In this document: positions 8,047 to 15,747 of the stretch, piece by piece | How the letters are laid out: every line of letters starts with the position of its first letter | How positions within the stretch are numbered: the first letter of the stretch is position 1 | Origin: Candidatus Hadarchaeota archaeon | Lineage (GTDB): Archaea; Hadarchaeota; Hadarchaeia; Hadarchaeales; Hadarchaeaceae | Direction: 5' to 3' | Assembly (NCBI GenBank): GCA_964514965.1 | Contig: CAZETV010000001.1 | Coordinates: forward strand, 360,001 to 392,000 | DNA length: 32,000 nt | Notes under the pieces: model-generated | Told to the model about the DNA's origin: nothing | Database searches by the model: none | The model's input: only the letters and a program-made list of their open reading frames with translations | Program-made: the position numbers and the translations under genes

Positions 8047-9288
8047 ATGTTAGAAGTGCTCGCCTGCACGCTGCTGGGCGTGGGGCTGGGCACATTCACG
8101 GGCTTGATCCCGGGAGTGCACGTGAACAATCTCTGCCCGTTGTTAGTCGGTTTAGTCGCAGTTTCAGACCTACCGCCGATGAACCTAGTAGCAGTGATCG
8201 TGGCGATGACGACGACCCACACGTTCATCAGCTATATCCCGGCGACTTTTCTGGGGGCGCCCGAGGCCGGGACCGAGCTCTCGGTGCTACCTGCCCATCG
8301 CATGCTACTTGAAGGACGGGGCTACGAAGTCGTCCGCCTGACCGCCTTCGGCTGCTTGGGTGCACTAGTGCTGAGCGCCGCGCTCGCCCTACCCCTCTCG
8401 CTTGTGTTCGCCCCCGCCTACGAGTTCATCCAGCCCCAGATGCACTGGCTGCTGCTCGCGGTGATTGTGGTAATGATTGCGCTCGAGCGCTCACGTTCGG
8501 GTATCCTGTGGGCGACGACAATTTTCTTAATCTCGGGTTTACTGGGTCTGTTCACGTTGGACACAAACTTGGTGGAGGGTGATGTGGCTCTCATGCCATT
8601 GCTCAGCGGGCTCTTTGGAGTGAGCGTGCTTCTCCTTAGCGCAACCCACAAGAGCAGCCTTCCAAAACAGAACGTTGATAACCCAGAGCCGCTCGAACTT
8701 CGCGCAAATGTGAAAGCTCTGTGCGCGGGAACGGGAGCTGGTATCCTGACGGGCATCATCCCGGGCATAGGGCCTTCCCAGGGAACAGTGCTCGCCCAGC
8801 TAGCGACTCGTTCGAGCGGCACGCGTGACTTCATCGTTGGTGTGAGCGGGGTGAACACGGCGAAGGCACTCTTCTCATTCGTGGCGCTTTACGCGATTGC
8901 CCGCCCTCGGAGCGGAGCGGCGGTAGCGGTCGACCAGCTTGTAGATAAGGTCGGGTTCAACGAGTTGCTGTTCCTGATCGTGGTGGCGCTCGTCGCAGGC
9001 GGAATCGCAGCGGTGCTCCATCTGAGACTCGGCAAGCTCGCGGCTCGCCATATCAGGGGGCTGCCCTATCGGGAGATGTGCTTGGTGGTGATTGGGGGTA
9101 TGGTCGCGATGACACTCTGGTACGCGGGCATGATGGGTCTGCTCATTTTAGCAACAGCAACCGCAGTCGGGGTGCTTCCGGCTGTGACCAAGGTTAAACG
9201 AACCCACTGCATGGGTGTCATCATGATCCCTTGTATTCTCTATTTCGCTGGAGCAAAAGATGGCGTGCTGGCGGCGCTCGGACTATAG
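8047..9288 (+). CDS. TctA-family / DUF112 polytopic membrane protein
   Basis: 413 aa and highly hydrophobic, with repeated G-x-IPG motifs (TGLIPGVHVNN, TGIIPGIGPSQG). Its ATG directly abuts the upstream TAG (8044-8049). Confidence 0.6.
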   Translation: MLEVLACTLLGVGLGTFTGLIPGVHVNNLCPLLVGLVAVSDLPPMNLVAVIVAMTTTHTFISYIPATFLGAPEAGTELSVLPAHRMLLEGRGYEVVRLTAFGCLGALVLSAALALPLSLVFAPAYEFIQPQMHWLLLAVIVVMIALERSRSGILWATTIFLISGLLGLFTLDTNLVEGDVALMPLLSGLFGVSVLLLSATHKSSLPKQNVDNPEPLELRANVKALCAGTGAGILTGIIPGIGPSQGTVLAQLATRSSGTRDFIVGVSGVNTAKALFSFVALYAIARPRSGAAVAVDQLVDKVGFNELLFLIVVALVAGGIAAVLHLRLGKLAARHIRGLPYREMCLVVIGGMVAMTLWYAGMMGLLILATATAVGVLPAVTKVKRTHCMGVIMIPCILYFAGAKDGVLAALGL

Positions 9289-9294
9289 GCCGCC

Positions 9295-9663
9295 TTACTT
9301 TTTGACTGACCTAAACAAGATGAGCACGGCGACGATGGCGAGCACGAGCCCTGGAATCACTAGCGAGAGTCTTAGCGTAGCCGTCGCTAAGCCCGGTTGA
9401 ATCAACCCAAAAACCAATATTACTAACCCCAACACGAGCAGGAGCGGCATGAAAGTTATTTGCGGTGACGCCCGAAGCCAGCGCTCGATAGTGTCGCCAA
9501 TCAACCAGAAGTAACTGAGCGTAAGTACGGCCCCAACCGCGATGAACACTATATCGACTAACATGTCCTGCATCATGTAAGCTCCCTTGATCAAAAGACA
9601 GACCCCAATCACGAGGGCGACTATTGCAACGTAAGCTTTAACAGATTTCATCGTAAAGTTCAT
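9295..9663 (-). CDS. Small hypothetical integral membrane protein (about 4 TM)
   Basis: 122 aa, almost entirely hydrophobic helices. No recognisable family. Confidence 0.5.
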   Translation of the reverse strand: MNFTMKSVKAYVAIVALVIGVCLLIKGAYMMQDMLVDIVFIAVGAVLTLSYFWLIGDTIERWLRASPQITFMPLLLVLGLVILVFGLIQPGLATATLRLSLVIPGLVLAIVAVLILFRSVKK

Positions 9664-9717
9664 CCTCTTCCCGAAAATCGTTGGGGTTTAACTTATTTAA
9701 AGACATATCTCCTCCTG

Positions 9718-10395
9718 ATGGGAATGCGGGTAGCTGTTCTCTGTTCGGGAGGGAAAGACTCAAGCCTTGCGCTCTGGCTTGCGCAGCAGCGGGGGCATGA
9801 AATTGTGCATATAGTTGCGATGATTCCCAAGCGGGAGGACTCCTGGATGTTCCACTTCCCCAACATTCAGCTTATTGACCTGTTTGCCGAATGCGCAGGT
9901 TTGCTCCTCATCAAAACCGAGACGAGCGGCGAGCGCGAGCAGGAGCTTGAGGATTTGAAGCGAACTCTCAGCGAGCTCAAAATTGAAGGTGTGGTGAGCG
10001 GCGCAATTGCCTCGAACTATCAAAAAAGCCGCATCGACCGCATCTGCGAGGAACTCAATCTCAAATCGATAGCACCGCTTTGGGGCCGCGCGCCAATCGA
10101 GCTACTCAGCGATATGTTGAATGCTAAGTTTGACATCCTCATCACGAGCGTGGCCGCCGAAGGGTTTGACGAGAGTTGGCTGGGCAGAAAAATCGACGAA
10201 AGATGTCTAGAAGATTTGAAAAAGCTACACGCTAAGTTCAAGATAAACATCTCGGCAGAAGGAGGCGAATATGAGTCACTTGTGCTTGACGCTCCTTTTT
10301 TCAAAAAACGAATCGAAGTAGTGGAGGCCGAGCGCATCTGGCGGGGAATCAACGGATATCTGCGGATCAAAAATGCAAAGCTTGTTGAGAAGTGA
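9718..10395 (+). CDS. PP-loop ATPase of the MJ0570 / Dph6 family (diphthine-ammonia ligase-like)
   Basis: N-terminal PP-loop VAVLCSGGKDSSLA and C-terminal AEGGEYESLVLDAPFF, both typical of the MJ0570 family. Confidence 0.8.
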   Translation: MGMRVAVLCSGGKDSSLALWLAQQRGHEIVHIVAMIPKREDSWMFHFPNIQLIDLFAECAGLLLIKTETSGEREQELEDLKRTLSELKIEGVVSGAIASNYQKSRIDRICEELNLKSIAPLWGRAPIELLSDMLNAKFDILITSVAAEGFDESWLGRKIDERCLEDLKKLHAKFKINISAEGGEYESLVLDAPFFKKRIEVVEAERIWRGINGYLRIKNAKLVEK

Positions 10396-10399
10396 TGGG

Positions 10400-11425
10400 A
10401 TGACGACAACCCTCGTTTATTCAAAAAAATATCTAGAACACAAGCCAGAAGAGGGGCACCCAGAGCGACCCGAGCGTTTGAAGGCTATCGTGAACGCGCT
10501 GAAGCGGGAGAAACTCTGGGAAACACCGAAGGTAAAGGTGGTCGAGCCCAGACCCGCAAAACGTGAGGATATCGAGCTCGTTCACGATCCGAACCACATC
10601 GAACTCGTCGAACGCTTGAGCAAGTCTGAGACACCGCTCGATGGGGATACTCCCGTGCGCAAGAACACCTATGAGCTGGCGCTGCTAGCCGCAGGCGGGA
10701 CGATCGATGCAGGGCGCCTAGTACTATCTGGAGATACGAATGCATTTGCACTGATCAGGCCCCCAGGGCATCACGCTATGAAAGCGCGAGGTGGTGGGTT
10801 CTGTTATTTCAATAACCTCGCGGTGATGATCGAGCGCCTAAAGCGAGAGTTCAAGCTCAGGCGAATATTCGTCTTGGACTTCGACGCCCACCACGGCAAC
10901 GGGATACAGGATATTTTCTATAATGACCCGAGCGTACTCTACATGTCACTGCACCAAGACCCGCTGACAATTTACCCTGGAACTGGCTTCATCGAAGAAG
11001 TAGGCTCGGGCGAAGGGGAGGGCTACACAGTCAACGTGCCTCTACCACTCGGGAGCGGCGATGTTGAGTACATGGGTGCGATGAAGGAAATTTTCGTGCC
11101 GCTCACCGAGCAGTTCGAGCCGGAACTTTTTGCTGTTTCCGCCGGGTTCGATGCATATGTTGATGACCCACTCACACAGCTGCGGTTATCAACGCTCGCT
11201 TATGGGTGGCTTACACGCTTTGTCGTCGAGCAAGCTGAGGGGTTGTGTAAAGGTAGAGTGGTGTTTGCGCTTGAAGGTGGCTACATGCTTGATGGTTTGG
11301 TGGCGGGAGTAGTAAATGTCGTGAAAAATCTGACCGGCGAAAAAACCTCAATAGATACAGAACCTCGTTGCCCTAGCATTATCGATGAGCTCAAGAGTGT
11401 GCTCGCGAGCTATTGGAAAATTTAA
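10400..11425 (+). CDS. Histone deacetylase / acetoin-utilisation (AcuC) / acetylpolyamine amidohydrolase family protein
   Basis: Motifs IRPPGHHA, DFDAHHGNGIQDIFY, SLHQDP..YPGTG, GFDAY and LEGGY. The track ORF begins at 10373 inside the upstream gene, so ATG 10400 (MTTTLVY) is preferred. Confidence 0.85.
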   Translation: MTTTLVYSKKYLEHKPEEGHPERPERLKAIVNALKREKLWETPKVKVVEPRPAKREDIELVHDPNHIELVERLSKSETPLDGDTPVRKNTYELALLAAGGTIDAGRLVLSGDTNAFALIRPPGHHAMKARGGGFCYFNNLAVMIERLKREFKLRRIFVLDFDAHHGNGIQDIFYNDPSVLYMSLHQDPLTIYPGTGFIEEVGSGEGEGYTVNVPLPLGSGDVEYMGAMKEIFVPLTEQFEPELFAVSAGFDAYVDDPLTQLRLSTLAYGWLTRFVVEQAEGLCKGRVVFALEGGYMLDGLVAGVVNVVKNLTGEKTSIDTEPRCPSIIDELKSVLASYWKI

Positions 11426-11481
11426 AGCTCCACATTACTAAAGTCGCGCCTCTCGTGACTCCTACACCCGATCTATAAGTT

Positions 11482-11725
11482 GTGGCGGGCCCGGCGGTCG
11501 CGTGCAAAAATACCCGGGACCAAGCCCCGTCGCGCTCGGGGAGTATGAGGGCATTTGAACCCGCCCCTGCCACACATTCGCGTGCCAGCGCGATTCATTA
11601 CGCCGCCGTTGACCTTTCGCCACCATCTGTGCCTGCTGATGTGGTTTGATGGATACCCCCACCCAAAAGCTCGCGCCTTCTGGAAACCGCGCCAGTAGAT
11701 TGCGCGATCCCTTTGGATGAACCAC
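11482..11725. ncRNA. Candidate structured non-coding RNA (family unresolved)
   Basis: A G+C-rich block lies between A/T-rich flanks. The + strand has frequent stops, and the - strand has only two overlapping R/W/G/P-rich ORFs that do not look like protein. Nested complementary segments: 11482-11489/11566-11573, 11490-11494/11514-11518, 11525-11529/11537-11541, 11641-11648/11718-11725, and an extended hairpin at 11671-11707. Several pairs are G-U only when read on the + strand. Confidence 0.3.
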
Positions 11726-11829
11726 AAAAACATTTCCATGTACAATCATATAAATAACACGTTTGACACGGTTTAACTTTCTTAACGTGTCTTTATTATA
11801 TATTTACTAGGGAGCCCATAAATAGGAAA

Positions 11830-12000
11830 GTGCTGAGCAAAAAAGCCAAGAAACTAGTACACTGGCACGATAATTATGTCGTGTTTGTGACGCCTGAAGC
11901 CAAGGCGCTAAAGTGGGACGACAATACAATAGTGAAAGTTTTTGTTGTTGAAGAAAAAGGCAAACAAAAAATTGTCATCGAAAAGGGGATGGCGCTTTAA
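11830..12000 (+). CDS. Small (56 aa) AbrB/SpoVT-like swapped-hairpin candidate DNA-binding protein
   Basis: GTG-initiated ORF below the 60-aa track cutoff: VLSKKAKKLVHWHDNYVVFVTPEAKALKWDDNTIVKVFVVEEKGKQKIVIEKGMAL. A TTTATTATATATTT box at 11792-11805 sits about 30 nt upstream, which suits a leaderless or near-leaderless mRNA. Confidence 0.4.
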   Translation: MLSKKAKKLVHWHDNYVVFVTPEAKALKWDDNTIVKVFVVEEKGKQKIVIEKGMAL

Positions 12001-12148
12001 TTTCCATTTCCTTGGCTTGTCTGTCACGTGCGAGTGTAAAGTTGAAGGACAGAAGTAGACAAACGAGTGTCATGTACGCTATTATTCAATCTAAAATGAG
12101 AAAGCGCTAGACATTTAACGCCAGATATAAACTGGTGTTCGGGAGCAG

Positions 12149-13534
12149 ATGGACGAAATTTTAAAATTGGTTCTACGGCGAGTAAAACCGACCCTATCCG
12201 ACCGAAAGCGCCTCGCGCAGGTGGCGGCCGAACTCATCGGGCAGACAAATGCAGCCTGCTCGAAACTCAACATTGATGCAAAAGCGATACTCGTGGGCTC
12301 AGCTGCGCGCGACACTTGGCTTCGCTCCGAGCGTGACATCGATGTTTTCATCCTTTTTCCTGAAGAACTCCCGCGGAAGGAACTCGAGCGCCAAGGACTA
12401 GCGGTAGCGCGGAAGGTAGCCGGCGCCAAGGGAAAGGAGCAGTACGCCGAGCACCCTTACGTGACAACGAAGTTCAAGGAATTCGATGTCGACCTAGTGC
12501 CATGCTACGATGTCGCCAAACCGAGTGAAATCAAAAGTGCAGTCGATCGCTCGCCCCACCACCAGCGCTACATCACCGGACACTTGACCCCAGAACTTGC
12601 CGACGAGGTACTGCTGACGAAACAATTCATGCTCGGAGTTGGTTGCTATGGCTCGGAACTGAAGGTACAGGGCTTCTCAGGATACCTCTGCGAACTCCTC
12701 CTGTTACACTATGGATCATTTGAAAAGTTAGTGGAAGGCGCGAGCGGTTGGAAGCCAAACACGGTCATCAACCCCAAACACAGTTACCCAGACCCCTTGG
12801 AAGCCAAGAGGATGTTTGAGGAGCAACCGATCATCGTCATAGATCCAGTCGACGCAAGCCGGAACGTGGGCGCCGCGGTCTCGATGCAGAATTTCGCCAC
12901 TTTCGTCCGCGCCTGTCAAGATTTTACAATCAGGCCGAGCAAGCTATTTTTCTTCCCGAGACCGGTACGAATGCTGAGCACGCGGCAGATTCAGGCGACT
13001 TTGGAGAATAGGGGGACTGCCTTGTTCTGCGTCACTTTCTCCCCGCCCGATGTCGTTCCAGATGTGCTCTATCCTCAGCTCCGGAAAGCTGAGCGAACTC
13101 TTGTAACGCGGCTAGCGCGGACGGGGTTTGAGGTGATACGAAGCGATGTGTGGTCGAATTCTCGAGCTCTCATCCTGGTTGAGCTGACGACGAAGAAGCT
13201 TCCCAAGATTCGGACCCACATTGGACCACCGGTTTCGATTGAAGTCAAGGATTTCATCCAAACCCATTTTAAATCAAAACAAAAATTCGCTGGCCCATTC
13301 ACGAATGTGGCGGGAAGACTAGTCTTCGAACTCGAGCGCGAGTGGTCAAACGCGGAGGAAGTACTTGAGCAAGCGTTAAAGGAACGTGCAACCCTCGGCA
13401 GGCACGTGGGTGAAGCAATCGCAAAGGGATATCAGATTTACAAAGGAAAAAATATCATACAACTCTGTGAGGATGAAAAAGTTCGCGCGTTTATCTCCGA
13501 ATATTTAACGCGCTGCTTGCCTTGGTATCGGTAG
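12149..13534 (+). CDS. cca: Archaeal class I CCA-adding enzyme (tRNA nucleotidyltransferase)
   Basis: 461 aa with the class I nucleotidyltransferase motif VGSAARDTWLRSERDIDVFILFP, then DLVPCY, RSPHHQRY and GFSGYLCELL. Confidence 0.9.
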   Translation: MDEILKLVLRRVKPTLSDRKRLAQVAAELIGQTNAACSKLNIDAKAILVGSAARDTWLRSERDIDVFILFPEELPRKELERQGLAVARKVAGAKGKEQYAEHPYVTTKFKEFDVDLVPCYDVAKPSEIKSAVDRSPHHQRYITGHLTPELADEVLLTKQFMLGVGCYGSELKVQGFSGYLCELLLLHYGSFEKLVEGASGWKPNTVINPKHSYPDPLEAKRMFEEQPIIVIDPVDASRNVGAAVSMQNFATFVRACQDFTIRPSKLFFFPRPVRMLSTRQIQATLENRGTALFCVTFSPPDVVPDVLYPQLRKAERTLVTRLARTGFEVIRSDVWSNSRALILVELTTKKLPKIRTHIGPPVSIEVKDFIQTHFKSKQKFAGPFTNVAGRLVFELEREWSNAEEVLEQALKERATLGRHVGEAIAKGYQIYKGKNIIQLCEDEKVRAFISEYLTRCLPWYR

Positions 13535-13803
13535 CACAAAGAAATTAAGTCTATTCATTTTAGCACATTAACCCAGCATTTTAAAGCATGCAATCATCAA
13601 GTTTTTCGATACACAAAATCCACCGAATCATGAAAAACCCAGCATTAAATTTTGATGATGTCTTGTTTCTTTTAGAATGAACAATCGCGTAGCGACACAA
13701 GAATCGAATGTCTTCTAATTCCCAGTAAATTATAGCTTTTTAATCAGCAGTGCGGAAATTTTAATCCACCCTACCTATTTTTTGACGGAAATTAACACCC
13801 TGG

Positions 13804-14115
13804 GTGAGAATTGAGATGATTTTCAGCAAATCTTTCAAGCGTGCCGTTAAAAAAGCTACCAAGGTTGTCATCGTGTTGATTACCTTGATTTTTATCCAAG
13901 CAATTATATTTTGGTTGTTTGAGGGGGCGGAAAATCCCCTTGCCAGCGACCCTTTTGAAGCTTTCTGGTTTATGATCATCTATCTGGTGAGCGGGGCCGA
14001 GATAATACCCGCGACCACAGCAGGACGCATTATCTGCACGTTAGCCGTCGTGGAGGGACTAGCTATCCTCTCGATATTTATTGCTGCTGTTGTCAGTTAT
14101 ATCGTCAAAGGATGA
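13804..14115 (+). CDS. 2-TM pore module of an MthK-like channel with a non-canonical filter; ends at an in-frame TGA
   Basis: TM1 VVIVLITLIFIQAIIFWLF, pore helix PFEAFWFMIIY, then LVSGAE where TVGYGD is expected, then TM2 GRIICTLAVVEGLAILSIFIAAVV. The reading frame continues into RCK homology after the TGA at 14113-14115. Confidence 0.7.
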   Translation: MRIEMIFSKSFKRAVKKATKVVIVLITLIFIQAIIFWLFEGAENPLASDPFEAFWFMIIYLVSGAEIIPATTAGRIICTLAVVEGLAILSIFIAAVVSYIVKG

Positions 14116-14316
14116 ACCATCACGAAGGGTAAAAAATTTAAGAACCACATTATCATTTGCGGCCCGGCCGAAAAGGCAAGGCGGATAATCGCTCAACTAA
14201 AGTCTCCAGATATCAAGACCAAGCACCTGATAGTTTACCTCGCTAATGTCTCGAAAAATCCCCTCCCCGAAGAGGATATCGATTTTGTCTCGGGCGACCC
14301 GACCAAGGATGAAGAC

Positions 14317-14814
14317 ATGAAGAAAGCTGGTGTTATGTCGGCCTATGGGGCTATAATTTTGGCCGATGAAAAGTCAGATAATCCGGATGCTCAGGTCATT
14401 CTTACCACTCTAACCGTCGAGAGTTTGAACAGAGATGTCTATACCTGTGTGGAGGTACTCGACCCAGAAAACGAGCGGCATTTGAAGAAAGCAAAAGTCG
14501 ATGAGGTCATTTGCCCAGCTCGATTTGGAGAGTATTTGATTCTGCAGTCATCGGTCAGTCATGGTATGGCTAAGATGTTCTCCTCGCTTTTGACATTTGG
14601 AGAAGGGGACGAAATCTATAGGGTTCCTTTACCAGATGGATATATCAATAAAAATTTCAAAACTGCCTTTCTCGACTTAGGAAAGGAAAAAGACATCATT
14701 TTAGTAGCCGTAGAGAGGGAGGGAGGAATAAAGATTAACCCAAAGGGTGAATTTAAACTTAAGAAAAGCGATTTCCTTTTCGTCATCTCAGAAAAAGAGC
14801 CGATCTTTGAATAA
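14317..14814 (+). CDS. RCK / TrkA-N plus TrkA-C regulatory module (track ORF); homology extends upstream to 14116 in the same frame
   Basis: Translation of 14116-14316 in frame gives TITKGKKFKNHIIICGPAEKARRIIAQLKS...DFVSGDPTKDEDMKKAG, an RCK Rossmann N-terminus. The downstream part continues as in MthK (AIILADEKSD..VILTTLTVESLNRDVYTCVEVLDPEN..VDEVICP), and the C-terminus is TrkA-C-like. Confidence 0.75.
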   Translation: MKKAGVMSAYGAIILADEKSDNPDAQVILTTLTVESLNRDVYTCVEVLDPENERHLKKAKVDEVICPARFGEYLILQSSVSHGMAKMFSSLLTFGEGDEIYRVPLPDGYINKNFKTAFLDLGKEKDIILVAVEREGGIKINPKGEFKLKKSDFLFVISEKEPIFE

Positions 14815-14831
14815 CGCTTCAAATTTTTTGG

Positions 14832-15395
14832 TTAGAATTCTACCCGCGCAAGCGTACTGTAAATTGGCCCTCTTGGCGTTAGCTTACTTTGCTTTAATTC
14901 GACTGCTTGAGCACGCGTCATCCCAAACTCTGCATCGGCCATTTCTTTGACGAATGCCGCTAGCCGCTCCTTCTGTTTAGCTGTTTTGACCCGAGCAATT
15001 GTTAGGTGAGGAACGAAATCTTGCTCCGAACGGAACCCCAGTGGCCTCAACTCGCGGTCTATCCCTTGCTGGAAACCTATGACTCTATCACTTCCCTCGA
15101 CCACACCTGCCCACACGACCCGGATGTAGCGCAGGTTCGGGAAGACACCTATTCCCTTAACTCCGATATCGAATTGCCCTGTTCCAGCGGCGGCCTTTTT
15201 CAACGTCTCGGTTATCGCGCCAATCTTGTCTTCGGGAACCTCCCCGAGGAACTTCATCGTCACGTGGATGTTGGGTAGTTCTACGAGCTTAAGCTGCGCC
15301 CCCGTTGTCCAAAGTTGATCTTGGGCTACCGACAGTTTTTGTCTGACCGCCTCGTCGATATCAATTCCGATGAAAGCTCGCACCATTTGGACCAC
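14832..15395 (-). CDS. thpR: RNA 2',3'-cyclic phosphodiesterase (2H family, LigT/ThpR)
   Basis: Two H-x-T motifs, HVTMKFLG and PHLTIARV, in a protein of 187 aa. The GTG start directly abuts the upstream TAG. Confidence 0.85.
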   Translation of the reverse strand: MVQMVRAFIGIDIDEAVRQKLSVAQDQLWTTGAQLKLVELPNIHVTMKFLGEVPEDKIGAITETLKKAAAGTGQFDIGVKGIGVFPNLRYIRVVWAGVVEGSDRVIGFQQGIDRELRPLGFRSEQDFVPHLTIARVKTAKQKERLAAFVKEMADAEFGMTRAQAVELKQSKLTPRGPIYSTLARVEF

Positions 15396-15737
15396 CTAGC
15401 ATGTGACGTGAAATGCGCCGGCTACCCTGCGCCCCGCATCTGCAGCCTCGTTGTATTGTTTGAGAGCGTTGGGCGTGATGTCATCGATTATCTTAACCCC
15501 TTGTTTCACCGCTAACTCTGCAACTTCTTTGTCAACTCGGACGCAACCTGACTGACCAGTTCCAACTATGACCAACTCCGGCTTCCCCTTGAGCAGGAAG
15601 TCGAACTCGTTAAGCGTGAACTCATGGTTTCGATCCCGTCGTCTAATCGAACCATCAGCTAAAACCCAAACATCGTGAGAGTAGTGCTTGCCCTCCACGG
15701 TTATTCCCCCGAAGCTCGTCCCCTCAATGTGAACCAT
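15396..15737 (-). CDS. Mth938-domain (DUF498) protein
   Basis: 113 aa with ELVIVGTGQSG..V, T..A...YN and a C-terminal AGAFHVTC, the characteristic Mth938 pattern. Confidence 0.7.
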   Translation of the reverse strand: MVHIEGTSFGGITVEGKHYSHDVWVLADGSIRRRDRNHEFTLNEFDFLLKGKPELVIVGTGQSGCVRVDKEVAELAVKQGVKIIDDITPNALKQYNEAADAGRRVAGAFHVTC

Positions 15738-15747
15738 TCAACCCCCT

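Noticed and set aside
8418-8858. Long antisense or alternative-frame ORFs inside well-supported genes (for example 8418-8858, 10020-10424, 18185-18628, 28794-29144, 21327-21737, 24575-24952, 16087-16509)
   Set aside because: Each lies opposite to, or out of frame with, a gene that has clear family motifs. Their products are Ser/Arg/Pro-rich and low in complexity, which is typical of spurious ORFs in moderately G+C-rich coding DNA.
11545-11570. tRNA-like T-arm (GGGCGGGTTCAAATGCCC on the reverse strand)
   Set aside because: The stem does not pair as a 5-bp T-stem around a 7-nt TTCAAAT loop. No acceptor, D or anticodon arms could be built around it.
13535-13803. Possible C/D-box sRNA (UGAUGA at about 13651-13656 and on the opposite strand), and a duplicated AACCCAGCATT(T)TAAA motif
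   Set aside because: No correctly spaced D or D' (CUGA) boxes and no terminal stem on either strand. The duplicated 11-15 nt motif is short and lies in low-complexity A/T-rich promoter DNA.
14113-14115. The in-frame TGA in the channel gene could be selenocysteine or a reassigned stop codon
   Set aside because: I saw no SECIS-like element. The residue position (VKG-X-TIT linker) is not a redox site. Other genes in the window end at TGA exactly where their families end, for example the Dph6-like gene at 10393-10395, so TGA is a functional stop in this genome.
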